NCBI RefSeq assembly: GCF_036321535.1
Contig: NC_087459.1
Span: 27,838,001 to 27,902,000 of the forward strand
DNA from: Camelus dromedarius
Lineage: Eukaryota
DNA: 64,000 bases
Direction of reading: 5' to 3'
Numbering within the stretch: the stretch's first letter is position 1; each line of letters opens with the position of its first letter. A program made the position numbers and the translations under genes. This document shows positions 33,601-45,339 of the stretch, piece by piece. The notes beneath the pieces were generated by a model, which saw only the letters and a program-made list of their open reading frames with translations, did no database searches and had not been told where the DNA came from.

Positions 33601-36600
33601 CCCCAGGAGGGGTCAGCACGGAGGAGCTTGGAAGTTAGGTCCAATGTAGGAAGTGGCTTCTGGTGTTAGAACCTCCGATTCCCCTGGCAGGATGTTAGGA
33701 GGCTTGGGAATTTGCTTCCAGTGTAAAAATACACACGCAGGAGCTGCTCTCTGGGAGTTGACAGAATCAAGGCTCAGGAGCCCACCATGTCCACATGGGT
33801 GAATGCTGGAGCCCCGGGGTCTAGAAGTGGCGTGGAGCCAGGCCTTGAAGACAGATGGAGTTCCCTGCCTGTGGAGGCGGGAAGGGCCTTTCGAACAGAA
33901 CAGCTTGGGCAGTGCAGGGAACCAAGGTGGAGGGCACGAGCAGAGAGACTGAGAGGCGGACCCCAAGCTGGGGAGACGGAGGCAGTGTGGGAGGGGGCGT
34001 GGCCCCAGTGGCCTCAGTCCCTGGTGGAGAGGTCACAGGCCACCCATTCTAGGGGCAACCTGGGCTCCTTGCAACTGGAGGTGCGGCTGCGGGATGAGAC
34101 GGTGCTGCCCTCCGGCTGCTACCAGCCCCTTGTGCAGCTACTGTGCCGAGAGGTGAAGCTGGGCACCCAGGTGAGGGTCCCCCCCACCCCCTGGGGAAGG
34201 TGGGAGGGCCCAGGGACAGTAGACAGGGTCACCCTGTCCTCAGCCCGCTCTGAAGAGCAAAGCTCTTGAGTTGTCAGGTCGGTAAGGAACCAGCCAGTGT
34301 CTAGGGCCCCTCCATCCCTTGGGAAAGTCCCCCCCTCCCCCATGGTGGACCTTCTGCAGTCCTCAGAGTGAAGGGTTTGGGTTCCCCTGTGCATCCTGCA
34401 GCCCTGCCTCTCCTTGCTGCCTCCTGCAGGGCCCAGGGCAGCTGATCCCACTCATCGAGGAGACCACAAGCACCGAGTGCCGCCAGGACGTGGCCACCAC
34501 CCTGCTCAAGCTCTTCCTAGGGCAGGGACTGGCCAAAGACTTTCTGGACCTGCTCTTTCAGCTGGAGCTGGGTCGCACCAGTGAGGCCTGGGAGGGAGTG
34601 GCCTGTCTGAGGGTGTGTTGGGTAGGGGAGCCAGGAGCCAAGGACTCCAGGGATGCTGGGAGGGGAAAAATCCGGAAGTCCTCCTGTAGGAGGTTGATGG
34701 GTCCGATTAGGAGGGAGAAGGGTCAGATTAGGAGGCAAAGAGAAGAAAAGGCAGAGGTGGAGCTCTGGGTTGGGAGGTGGTGAGGAGGCTCTTTCCTGGG
34801 AGGCCAGTGTAGAGCCCCCAGCCCCAAGGTCCTCTGTTCTCCTCCCCCAAGCCTTGTCCCTCTCCCAACCCCCTACCCACTGGAACCTCTGCTTGTAGAT
34901 GAGGCCAACACCCTGTTCCGGAGCAATTCTCTGGCCTCCAAGTCCATGGAGTCTTTTCTGAAGGTGATGTTGCATGACATATTGTCTTTGTTTTATAGAT
35001 GAGGAGACTGAGGTTCAGAGAGGCCAAGAGACAGAGTGGCAACTTAAACCTGAATCTTCTGTCTCCTGTCCAGGGCCCTTTTAAACCTAAGAATTTCATT
35101 CAGTCAATTATTTATTCTTTTATTCACGTAGCGGCAGTTTATTGAGCCGCCCTCTCCTTGTCCCTGGCTCTATTCCGAGTGGATACAGCAGTCAGGTGGT
35201 GCAAGGGGTGGCTGGGAGGCCAGCTGCTGTGAGGTGGCCAGCAGCTGGAGGTGCGAGAGGGACCAATGCTGCTCGCGGTGGCCCCCAGGTGGCTGGGATG
35301 CGGTATCTGCATGGCGTCCTGGGCCCCATCATTGACAAGGTGTTTGAGGAGAAGAAGTACGTGGAGCTGGACCCCAGCAAAGTGGAGGTCAAGGATGTAG
35401 GGTGAGGCCACTGGTGATCCCTGAAGGCGTGGTGGGTGGGGGAGGTTAGGCTCTTTCTGCAAGTCTGTGATTATGGCTCTTTTTACCTGGGGATACCTTT
35501 CGTCTGCTCTGCCCACTTGTGCTTTGTCTCTGTGTCCTTGCCTCGGCTGACGCCTGTGTCTCCGGGAGCCGTGTCGTGGATGCAAGCGCTGACCTCGACC
35601 TTTCTGCGGGTTCTTTCCCGCCCCACTCAGGTGCTCCGGGCTGCACCGCCCTCAGACCGAGGCTGAGGTGCTGGAGCAGAGCGCACAGACGCTGCGTTCC
35701 CACCTGGGGGCGCTGCTGAGCGCGCTCACTCGGTCGGTTCGCGCATGCCCCGCCGTGGTCCGCGCCACCTTCCGCCAGCTCTTCCGGCGCGTGCGTGAGC
35801 GCTTCCCCAGCGCCCAGGACGAGGTGCGCCCTCTGCTGGTGGGGCTGGGCGGAGGGGAGAAAGTGATGGGGAAAGAGGGAGCTGTGGGGCCCCAGGGCAT
35901 GGTGGGAGGGGGCGATGGACGGTTAGAAGCTGAGGGCCAGAAGAGAGGCAAGGTCATGGGGGGAGGGAAACAGGGTTCAACGCCCAAGGTGGGGGCGGGG
36001 GGCTGTGAGAGCCCAGGCCCCAGGGAGTCTGGCCCCCAACTCTCCCACACCCTTCCAGAACTTGCCCTTCATCGCCGTCACCAGCTTCCTGTGCCTGCGC
36101 TTCATCTCTCCTGCCATCATGGCGCCCAAGCTCTTCCACCTACGGGAGCGGCACGCGGACGCCCGCACCAGCCGCACCCTGCTCCTGCTGGCCAAGGTCC
36201 GGGACTGTGGACGCCGGCGGGAGATGCCCCGCTGGGTGCTGAACAAGGGTCCCTACCTGGACTGCGTTGTGTTCCCCACCGGCTCCAGGAAAGCCTCGTG
36301 GCTGGCCACGGGTACTCTCACGTGGCGCTGCACTTCGATTTACAAAGCTTTCTTGGGCCAGGGTACCCAGTGGAGCAGAATCTGATATTGAATCTGTAGT
36401 GGAAGGTCAATAGGTGGGCCAAAGTAGTCTCAATTATAAGTCCCCAAAAGGCCTCAAAGTGATCCATTCACTCCTGATCCCCAGTGTGCTGCCCCTGCCT
36501 CCATTTCTACAGGGGTAGTAGCACAGACTAGGAGGGGGTTTGGGGTGGGTGGGCTGCATTGGTCAGGCCTCTGACCCAGCAGAACCTGGCTCTTCCTGCT

Positions 36601-39600
36601 GTCACACCCCCAGGCGGTCCAGAACGTGGGCAACATGGACACGCCGGCTTCCAGGGCCAAGGAGGCGTGGATGGAACCACTGCAACCCACAGTGCGCCAG
36701 GGCGTGGCCCAGCTAAAGGACTTCATCACTAAACTGGTGGACATCCAGGAGAAAGAGGGTGAGTGCTTTCCGGTGCGGCCCTGCCCCCAGCTACCCCATC
36801 CCATGGCCCCGCCCACCTGAGTGCCTCTGCTGCTTCGCCATAGCCTGCTGTTGACTTTGCTCCGCCCCTGGCCCCGCCCTCGCCCCAGGCTCACTTGTCC
36901 CCCTCCCTCCCTGGCCGGCAGAGCTGGACCTGCAGCGGACCCTGAGCTTGCAGGCACCACTGGTGAAGGAGGGGCCGCTTTTCATCCACAGGACCAAGGG
37001 CAAAGGCCCCCTCATGTCCTCCTCCTTCAAGAAGCTCTACTTCTCCCTCACCACGGAGGCCCTCAGCTTTGCCAAGACACCTAGCTCCAAGGTGGGTAAG
37101 GAAGGAGGAGGGCAGGTCTGGTTCCGAGGGGTTTTAACACCCTAGAGGCACCTGTCCATTTCTTGGAGCCCATCCCAGAGTCCACCAGGGTCAGAGAGGA
37201 AAGCCAGGCAGGTGCACGCTTCTGGTGTCAGCCACAAGGTCACTTAAGACCAATGAGAAAGAAGCCCCACTGCCTGGCGTACCCTGGGGTGGGCAGTGGC
37301 CGCAGTGTCCAGCCCTGGCGTCTTGGTCAGGTGATGGGTGAGGTGGGGTTCTGAGGGGTGCTTCTAGGAGATCAAGGAAGCAGAGAGGGGCTGAGAGGAG
37401 TCCTGGGTTACAGCCCTGTATACCTAGGGGAAGTGGGTCAACCTCTCTGAGCCTTGGTGGCTTGGCCTGTAAATTGGGGATAATGGTCCCTACTTACCGG
37501 GTTGTTGAGAATTAGATGAGATGATCTGTCTAAAGAGTCCAGAGCTAGGGCCTGGCGCAGAGCACATCTCAACCAATGTATTGTGAAGACACTATGTCCC
37601 CTGGGCTGGCCTCTTATAAGCACTTTCCTCCCCAAAAGGGCTGAGCACATACTTCCTGGATAGACCTGTTGGCCCCTAGCTGGGCCAACCTGACCTCCAG
37701 TCCCCAGGGATGCCCAACCAGCCCTGTGCAGCTTGAGGTGGGGGCAGAGCGGGTGAAGGGGCTCCCAGAGGTAACCCTTCAGCCCAGGCCTCCCACTGTG
37801 CATTTTCTTTCACTTCAAGCAACTGCCCAGCCCTTAGGTCACCTCGGCAAAGCCTGGCTACCTGGGCCCTCCCTCACGCTGCTCTGGGCCCCTTTCCATT
37901 CCTTGGCATTGAGCTCTGCCCTCCTGTGGGCACATCCGTGTATCCCCCTGTGCACCGCTCATCTCCTTTCTGCCTCCTCTCCAGCCGACACACCCCTGCA
38001 CGGGCAGCACTTCCTCTGCGATGTCCTGTCTGTCCTTTGGGAAGCCCACCGGGAGGAGGCTCAGTCATGTGTCCCCAGGGTCCCTCTCCAGGTTTCCCCA
38101 GTCCTCCTAAAAGGTGGTACTGTCTCCTCTGCTTACCTATAAGGCCAGCAGGGGTGGTGGGTGTTATCCTGAGGGCCAGAGGGCCCAGTCATTCCGATGG
38201 TGAGAGGCCCTGGTGAGTTCTGACGGGAGAGGGTTCAAGAGACAAGGGGAACAGGGGCCGGGCGCTGGCGACATAGATTCAGCTGTAACACATTTTGGAG
38301 CCAGAGTTTCTCTCTGTTGCATTGTATCTTGTCAAATTCGATGATAGCAGGGGTGGGGCAGGGGCGGGGAGTTGGGGTATGACCTTGAGAGTCTGGAACA
38401 TCACACTGAGTTGGGAAATTAGCTGCAGAGGCACAGGGCCTGGTCCACGCCAGGTGGTGCTTTCCAGCCCCGGGGAATACTGTATTTCCAGACACTATAC
38501 CAGAGCTCAGACCTCCCAGGACTGCTCAGAGCCCCCGAGGGGTCAGGCACTTGGCCACCCTCTGTCTGCGCTCTGTCCTGCCTGAGGTCACTCTCAGCAG
38601 GCTCCTGGGAGCGTAGGCACTCTGGATCTCCCCCACAACCCCTGATGCTGCCAAAGGAGAGACTGAGGCCCAGAGACAGGAAGTGGAGCAATCCTGGCTG
38701 TGCCCTGAACCTCCCTTCCCCTCTCCGCCCCAGAAAAGCACCCTCATCAAGCTGGCCAACATCCGGGCAGCAGAAAAGGTGGAGGAGAAGAGCTTCAGCA
38801 GCTCGCATGTCATGCAGGTCATCTACACAGACGATGTGGGCCGGCCCCAGACCGCCTACCTGCAGTGCAAGGTGTGGGCCGTGTGGAGGTGGCCCCTGGG
38901 AACGGGGGAGCTGTGGGAAGGCGCCAGGGCAGGCTGGGTTGAGGATTCAGCGAGTCTCCCACCCCCTTGTTGGCCACATCCAGGACAGCAGGGGTGTGGG
39001 ATCTGATGTGAGCACAGCATATGTGTCTCCTGGGGTCTGGGTGCCTGGGAGGCCATGCCCAGGTCTGTGGGTGGCCCTGCCTAGGCACGCACGCATAGGC
39101 CTGGGTGGAGCCAGTGTCTGGACAGGTGTGTCCCCGTGGTTTGTACATGGTTGTTGGAAACTGTATTTCCAAGTGTCTGAGTTGGTGTCTGTGTGTTTCT
39201 GTGTGTATCCATATATAACAAGCATGCATTTATGCAAGTGTGTGGCTCTGGCACATGCTCTCATGTCCCTTCCCATCTGTTCATGTATTAACCCAGTCAC
39301 TCATTCATTCGTTCATCTAAAAAGTATTTATTGAGCACCTGGTGGGTTCCAGGCAGCAGCAGACAAAGAGTCCTTGTCCTCATGGAGCCTCCATCCCAGG
39401 GAATAAGATGGACCCATAAATAAATATGTAAAATATCAAATGGGAGCCAGCGAAGACTGAGAGAGAAGGGACAGAGTGGGGTGCAGCAGGGAGGGGTGCT
39501 CTGGGAGGGTCTCTGGTAGGTGACATTTGAGCAGGGACACAGGGAGGGAGCATCTGGGGGATGATATATGGAGCAGGTAGAAAGGCTGAAGTTGGAGGGG

Positions 39601-42600
39601 GCTTGCTGTGTTCCCACGGGTGACTGTCCTGGGTAGAGGGGTAGGAGGTCACAGACCCATCCCATGGGCCCCACCTCTAGGGACTCCTTGTTGGGTCAGA
39701 GTCTAGAGCCACAGGAAAGAAATGGTGACAGCAGAGTCACCACATATAGTTGGCAGGTTGTGGCAGGTGTGGGGGCCAGTGGCTGCTAAAATCCAGCCCA
39801 TGCTCTGCTCAGCAAGTCATGTGCCCAGGTGTGGGCTGCATTCATCTGGAGGAAGTGCAGCCTTTCCTACTGCGCCTGAAGCTACCAAGCGGGCTAGCAG
39901 GGAGGGCTTCCCGGTGGGGGTGACCTCCAATCAGCGCCCTGCCCGCCATGTACCCTGCAGTGTGTGAACGAGCTGAACCAGTGGCTGTCTGCATTGCGGA
40001 AGGTGAGCATCAACAACACCGGCCTGCTGTGCTCCTACCACCCTGGTGTCTTCCGAGGGGACAAGTGGAGCTGCTGCCACCAGAGGGACAAGACAGGTGG
40101 GATGGAGGCCTGGGCCCCATAGCACTGCCTCTGCCCCAACAGGCCGCAGGCCCCTGGCTCAGACATGGGGCCCTGGAGCCCCACCTTGCTGGCCAGGCCT
40201 GGGAACCACCTGTGCACCTGTGGGAATGAACCTGAGCCTGGCCGGGCCCCGCAGGTGCTCTGGGCAGAAAGGGTTCCATGGCCCTGTTGTGTGTGGGCAT
40301 GTGGGAGCCTCAGAGGCCCTCAAGGAGGCCTGAAAACAAGTTAGAATATCCTATGTGATTTAGTTCAGTACTTCTCAAAGTCCTTTGACGGGGAACCCCT
40401 TTCCGGCCCAGTGGATGAGCTTCTTGTACAACCAGTGTTCTGAGGGACACGCTTTAGGCGCTCCTTCCCAGGAGCGCGGAAGAGGCCCCGAGTTGGCACA
40501 CGCTCACGCTGGCAGACCGGTACTGGAGCTGTGAGCTGGGGGGACCCTGGGCCTTGGGCACTAGAGGGATGGCAGAAGGGACCTTCTACTAGAACGTCTA
40601 GCGATAATTGAGATGGCATGTGTCTATCCAGGACTGCGCATGTGCTGTCCATGAACACGTGGCTGTTGAGCACTTGTGATGTGGCTGGTGCAGCCGAGAA
40701 ACTGAGCTTTACATTTATTTTAATTTCAATATAAATGGCCTCGTGTGGCTAGTGGCTACTCTCTCAGACAGCACAGTTCTAGAATGTTCAAGGTCCTCCG
40801 TTATCCCCACCTGCTTTACAAAGCTCTTGCTCCCTCATCAAGGAGACTAACCCTTGGCACCCCCAGGCCTCCAGGCCAGGCCTCGACCCCCGGGGCCTGC
40901 ACAGTAGAGGCCCTCGGAGGCTGTCCCGCCTACTCTAGCCCAGCCCTGGACTTGAGTTTGAGCAGTGGCACCTAGTGAGAAGGGTGTCCCTGTCTGGTTG
41001 GCTTGACCAGCAGCCTCTGGCTGTAACCTTGTGGTAATAACCCTCACCACTAGTGAAGTGGGGCTAATCTGGAGAGATGAGGGGCTGCCCCTCCCGGAAG
41101 TGGGGGTACCACGGGCAGGCCGTGGGCCAGACTCTCTCTCTAGGCTGTGTTCCAGGAAGTTGGATGTGAGCTCTCACAGTGCCTGCCCACAGCTCTGCCC
41201 TCTCTCTGCCCCCAGATCTGGGCTGCGACAAGACCCGGTCCCGGGTGACCCTGCAGGAGTGGAATGACCCTCTTGACCACGATCTGGAGGCCCAGCTGAT
41301 CTACCGGCACCTGCTGGGCGTGGAGGCCACACTGCGGTGAGGAGGCCCGTGCATGGGCAACGCGTCTCACACAGGAGCGCCTGGGTGACCCTGGCAGAGC
41401 CAGAGCTGGGATTCGGGCTCAGGGCTCCTCTGCGGTGGCTAGTCTCTTCCCTCCTACTCAGGGCCTGCGCCTTTCTGCCTCTGGCAGCCGCACCTGGGGA
41501 CACCTGGATCTCTGCAGCACGAGGCTGGTTCACATCAGGATGAAAGTCCTGAGGGCTGAGGAAGCCCAGGGTCTGGCCGTGGCTGCTTCCTGCCGCAGGC
41601 TGACCCAGGCCCCTCAGCTGCTCAGCCTTCCCGTGGTGCCCTGGGAGCACCAGGATTGCCCTCAGCCAGCTCCCTCAAGTCAGTGGTTCTCAGCCCTGGC
41701 TCCAGCTTAGAAAACACAGGATGCTTTTAAAAAAACACTTTAAAAAACAGGATGCCTGGGCCCTACCCCACTGACTCAGAATCTCTGGGGTGGGGTTCAG
41801 CGTGGGGATATTTTAAAGCAGCTTATCAGATGAAGACCACCCACTCCCCTGTGAGTGGCAGTCACCAGAGGCCCCAGGGTCACTCTGTAGGCACCTCCTT
41901 TCTGATGGTGTGGCCCTGTCACTGTCTCCCTCTCCATCCCTACTCTGGCCCCCTGTTTAGAGACTGTCCTCCAGAGGACAAAGTCACCACCCTGTCTGCT
42001 CCGTTCCTGAGGCCCACGCTTCCAGAGACTTCACCCATCAGGACCCTTACTTGCTTGGCCACACCCTAGAACTTGCCCTTCCTTGTCTCCTCCTTCTCAT
42101 TTTCCAGGCTCCATTTTAATTTCACTTTCCGTATAAACTCATGTAATTTCCACAACCACTGAAACACGTGAGTGGTCTCATCATCTCCCATTTAAGCCAG
42201 GAAGCGGCAGAGCCAAGATTCAAGCGACGCCACCTCAGGTTCAGGTGGGACCATTGCCCGTGGTCCTAACCAGCACGGCCTGCCCTGAGAGCCTGCCCAC
42301 CTCCAGAGCCGCTGGGCCAGGCCCCCTGGCATTCCAGCCCCACAGCCCAGCGCCACCAGACCGTCTGCTCCACTGAGACCTCCAGCCACCGACCCAACCT
42401 CCTGTCCCCAGCCGCTTGCTGTATTTCCTGTGGCTGCTGTGACAAGTTCCATACATTTGGTGGCTTAGACAACACAGATTTATTCTTTTACAGTAAATGC
42501 TGAATAAGCAGATGAGCAGAGGGGTCAGGGACCAGATCAAACCCATGGGGCCTTGACAGCATCTGAGGAGGAGGAGCCTGTTAGACCTTAGCAGAGGGAC

Positions 42601-43461
42601 ACATCTCTCCCCAAATAGATCAGGGAGACAAAGGGCTGAGCCAGTAGAATTCCTAAATAAGGAACTACAAGTGCGGGTTCCGCATGGCTGCCCACCCTCC
42701 CTCCGTGGACAGAGGACTGTACCTGAGGGGCCCAGGGACCTTTGGTGAACCCCGGTTAGAAACCGTGCTTGAAATGTCTCTCTCCTATTCCCACAAGAGC
42801 GACGCTCATTCCTTGGCCAGTTAACACTAAGGGATTTTCAGGCCCCAGGTGACTCTCTTTCCAAGGGCCCTTTGAAGCTGGAGTGACACGGTTCAAGCTT
42901 GGTTTCCAGAGTGCCTTCTGTTGACCTAGCTTTGTGTGTGTGTATGGGGATGCAGGTTGGGGGGCAGGGACCAGAGGAGGAGGCTGGAAGAGGAGAAGCA
43001 GGTGACCAGGGGCTGAGACCTGGGCCCATGTTTCTTCCCATAGATTGAGAGAGTCAGCCCCCTGCCCCCAGGAGCCCCCCAGCTCAGGAGGCCCACCCTG
43101 GGTCACCCAGCCTTCTGGGCAAGGACACCAGGAGCCCTCACACCCCATCCTCCCCAACAGGGAGAAGCACCAACAGCTGCGTGCAGGCCCAAAGACAGGC
43201 GCTGTGCCAACAGGCCCTGGAGAAGGTAGGTCCCCCCCTCTCCCCAGCCCCTTCAGGGATGCCGTGGGTGAGGCTCCCCTTCCAGGGGCCCTCGGGACAG
43301 GCTCTGTCTGCTCTGCCTTCATCCTACGTCTGCCTCCAGCCCTTGGGGACCCACTGGCCCAGCTGCTCCAGGTGCTACAGGACCTCCGGGAGGCCCACAG
43401 AGCCAGCCTGGCCGGCTTCCCGCGCTCGGAGCCCAGCCGCCTCCTGGAGCTGCAGACGTGA
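21558..43461 (+). CDS. RASA4: Ras GTPase-activating protein 4 (CAPRI), 21 coding exons, 802 aa; C2A-C2B-RasGAP-PH-Btk motif
   Basis: Exons 21558-21622, 26387-26443, 27860-27973, 28473-28534, 29668-29797, 31644-31725, 32285-32416, 32649-32740, 34053-34170, 34430-34580, 34899-34963, 35289-35401, 35631-35823, 36059-36196, 36614-36758, 36922-37091, 38734-38871, 39961-40096, 41216-41336, 43161-43225, 43340-43461 (2409 nt, all GT-AG). MAKRSSLSIRIVEGKNLPAKDITGSSDPY (C2A), DRNGASDPF and WDWDLVSRNDFLG (C2B Asp ligands), TLFRSNSLASKSM (arginine finger), FLCLRF, PH FKKLYFSLT, Btk motif HPGVFRGDKWSCC..GC, C-terminus LLELQT. Confidence 0.97.
22205..22345 (-). mobile_element. MIR SINE
   Basis: TTTAATCCTTACAACCACCC..CCATTTTACAGATGTGGAAACCGAGGCTCAGAGA, inverted MIR core. 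Confidence 0.7.
25712..25790 (-). mobile_element. L2 3' terminus with (TTCA)n tail
   Basis: ATTCATTCGTTCATTCATTCATTCACTCACTCAT is the characteristic inverted L2 tail. Confidence 0.55.
26770..26925 (-). mobile_element. MIR SINE
   Basis: GAGCAC..TGCCAGGCCCTGTGCTAA..CCCATTTACAGATGAGGAAACTGAGGCTCAGGGAGACTAAGTAACTTGC. Confidence 0.75.
28133..28154 (+). repeat. (GT)11 microsatellite in RASA4 intron 3
   Basis: Perfect GT dinucleotide run of 22 nt. Confidence 0.9.
33136..33301. mobile_element. MER53 palindromic hAT MITE
   Basis: TIRs CAGGGTTACCAGAT / ATCTGGCAGCCCTG (12/14 complementary); internal CAGATAAAATGCAGGA and TTAACTGGGTGTCTTGTATTTTTA match recalled MER53; remnant 8-bp TSD TCCAGGAA / TCAAGGGA (6/8). 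Confidence 0.85.
37400..37585 (+). mobile_element. MIR SINE
   Basis: AACCTCTCTGAGCCT..CTGTAAATTGGGGATAAT..CCTACTTACCGGGTTGTTGAGAATTAGATGAGATGAT..GCCTGGCGCAGAG. Confidence 0.75.
39292..39560 (-). mobile_element. L2 LINE 3' fragment
   Basis: TCATTCATTCGTTCATC..AAGTATTTATTGAGCACCT..AGTCCTTGTCCTCATGGAGC..GTGACATTTGAGCAG. Confidence 0.7.
40580..40778. mobile_element. MER3 hAT-Charlie MITE
   Basis: TGTGCTGTCCA..CACGTGGCTGTTGAGCACTTGTGATGTGGCTGGTGCAGCCGAGAAACTGA..TGTGGCTAGTGGCTAC..GACAGCACAG matches recalled MER3. Confidence 0.75.
41681..41835. mobile_element. MER5A-like hAT MITE
   Basis: CAGTGGTTCTCAGCCCTGGCT..GATGCCTGGGCCCTACCCCA..ACTCAGAATCTCTGGGGTGGGG..ATTTTAAAGC. Confidence 0.7.
42419..42500 (-). 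mobile_element. MaLR LTR fragment
   Basis: TGTATTTCCTGTGGCTGCTGTGACAAGTTCCATACATTTGGTGGCTTAGACAACACAGATTTATTCTTT resembles an inverted MaLR 3' end. Confidence 0.6.
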
Positions 43462-43986
43462 GGCTGCCCCACATTCCCTCACCAAGCCCTTGCCAGGTGC
43501 TGGGAGACCCCTGAGCACTCCCAGCTTTTCACCTCAGTCCCTCTCGTTGGGGTGCAGGGCCTGGGTCTCTCCTGGGCTGGGGGAGCTGGGAGAGCCAGGG
43601 GCCTAGGGGCCCAGAAGTCTGGAGCTGATGTGGCCTCGGCCCGCTGCTGCCCATCTACCATCTCTAGGGGACTTAGGGAGCTCCAGCTCCTCCGTGAGGC
43701 CCGGCTGTTCCCCGCCATCCCCGCAGCCATTGCCGTCAGTAACCCAGACTCCCCAGGGTTCCCTCCTCTCCTGCCCAGGGCAGACCTAGCCAGAAACCCC
43801 CCTTAGTGTGGTTCACACCCAGACAGACTGATGCTCCTTGGACCCAGAGAGGCAGAAGGGAACAGAGGGCCCAGGAGAGCAGGCCTTGACCTCGGCACCC
43901 CTGTTGCTCCTGGCCACCATCCCGCCTGCTGCCCTCGCGGCCTTGGCTGCGCCCCCGGGAGAGTGTCACGGTGCTCTGTTGCCAAC

Positions 43987-43992
43987 AATAAA
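43987..43992 (+). terminator. RASA4 poly(A) signal AATAAA
   Basis: First AATAAA, about 525 nt after the stop at 43461. Confidence 0.65.
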
Positions 43993-45198
43993 CCTGCTAT
44001 GACCGCGGAGGCTCTGGGGTCTCGTGATGGGGGTCTGTCGGCTGCCTAAGAGTAGGGGGTAGCCAAGGACTGGGGCCGCTGGCATAGCCTCTGTGCAACC
44101 CTATTGCCCATTCTCTGCCTACCCCCACCCCGGGGGCCCCATTCCTCCCCTACATGCTGTCCCCACCACACCCCTGGGTCCCACTGGTCCATCCCCCACA
44201 GGCTTCAGAGACTGACGTGTCTCACTAGCTGGCTCCTCCTTGCAGCCCCCAAACAGACCCTTCCTCCAAGAGTCCTGAAGACTGCACAGTGGGGGCAGTT
44301 GAGAACCACAAACCATGTGGCCTAGCCCTGGCAGTGTCCCTTACACCAACCCCCTTGTCCCCCTTGTCCCCCTTGTCCGAAGTAAGGCTTCCTCTGGTCA
44401 TCACCTCCCTGCCCCCATCCCAGTCCATCCCTAGGTATGCAGCAACCTTCACCATAATTAACAAGACAGGAGAAACAGGGTATTCTAGCACATTCTTAAA
44501 ACTCAGCCAAGCTCAGAGCCTCGCCTGTGAATCCCATACCTGTGACAGTCACCAAGGGCTCAGGTCATGGGCAGGACCCCTGACCCAGCTGACTAGCCAG
44601 GCTCTGGGGCAGTGCCCTCTGGGCAGGCCACATGCTGGGTTTTTTGAGGGATGGCATAGAAAGGCAAAGGGGGATGAAGGTACAAGGGGCTGCCCCCTCC
44701 CCTTTACTCAATGACTTTTGGGGCCATATCGACCTTTCCTCCTGGCAACAGCTGTGGGAGGGGTGGTAACCCCTCCACAAACAGCCCACCCACCTGGCCC
44801 CTTGGATGTTCGTCACCTCTTGGTCATGATGCTACCTTCCTATGGGCCTCGTGAGCCTCTTCGCAGAGCTAGGCATCTCCCCTTTCTTCCTGGCCCAGAG
44901 CTCAGGTCCAGGGGTGTCTGAGCCTGCCCCCCACCATCACCAACACTGCTTCTCTGGGTACTTTCTTAGGGCCTCACACAGATCCTCATGCCTGTTAGAT
45001 CTTCTTGGGTTTCCAGGACCTCATGGTCAGAATTATGGACTCCAGGATGTACTGAGCCCTAAGGCAGGGAGTGAAGGGGAAAGAGAGGTGTGCACTTATC
45101 AGGGCTGCAGCAAGTAGATCCTTGGACTTTAACCACCCTCTCCTCCAGGGGATCCTGGTGTGGGCATGGCCATCGCAGCCAGAAGGGGAGTGAAAATG

Positions 45199-45339
45199 GC
45201 TCTTTATTTTTTTTTTAATTTTGAGGGGGAGGTAATTAGGGTTATGTATTTGTTTTAATGGAGGTACGGGGGATTGAACACAAAACCTCATGCATACTGA
45301 GCACGCGCTCTACCACTGAGCTACCCTCCCCACCCCTCT
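45199..45339 (-). mobile_element. tRNA-Ala-derived SINE (camelid Vic-1-like) with 17-bp TSD
   Basis: Minus strand reads GGGGAGGGTAGCTCAGTGGTAGAGCGCGTGCTCAGTATGCATGAGG..GTTCAATCCCCCGTACCTCCATTAAAA..CCTAATTACCTCCCCC plus an A-rich tail; A box 45313-45323, B box 45271-45279; identical GAAGGGGAGTGAAAATG at 45182-45198 and 45340-45356. Confidence 0.88.

Noticed and set aside
35668-36399. 243-aa ORF running through RASA4 intron 13
   Set aside because: The intron is 235 nt (not a multiple of 3), so retention frameshifts exon 14 and leads to a premature stop.
44351-44378. (CCCTTGTCC)x3 short tandem repeat
   Set aside because: Only three units, downstream of the RASA4 poly(A) signal; consistent with ordinary slippage.
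45265-45335. Apparent tRNA-Ala gene on the minus strand
   Set aside because: It has A and B boxes, but the stems are mutated, it carries a SINE tail and it is flanked by a TSD. It is a tRNA-derived SINE.
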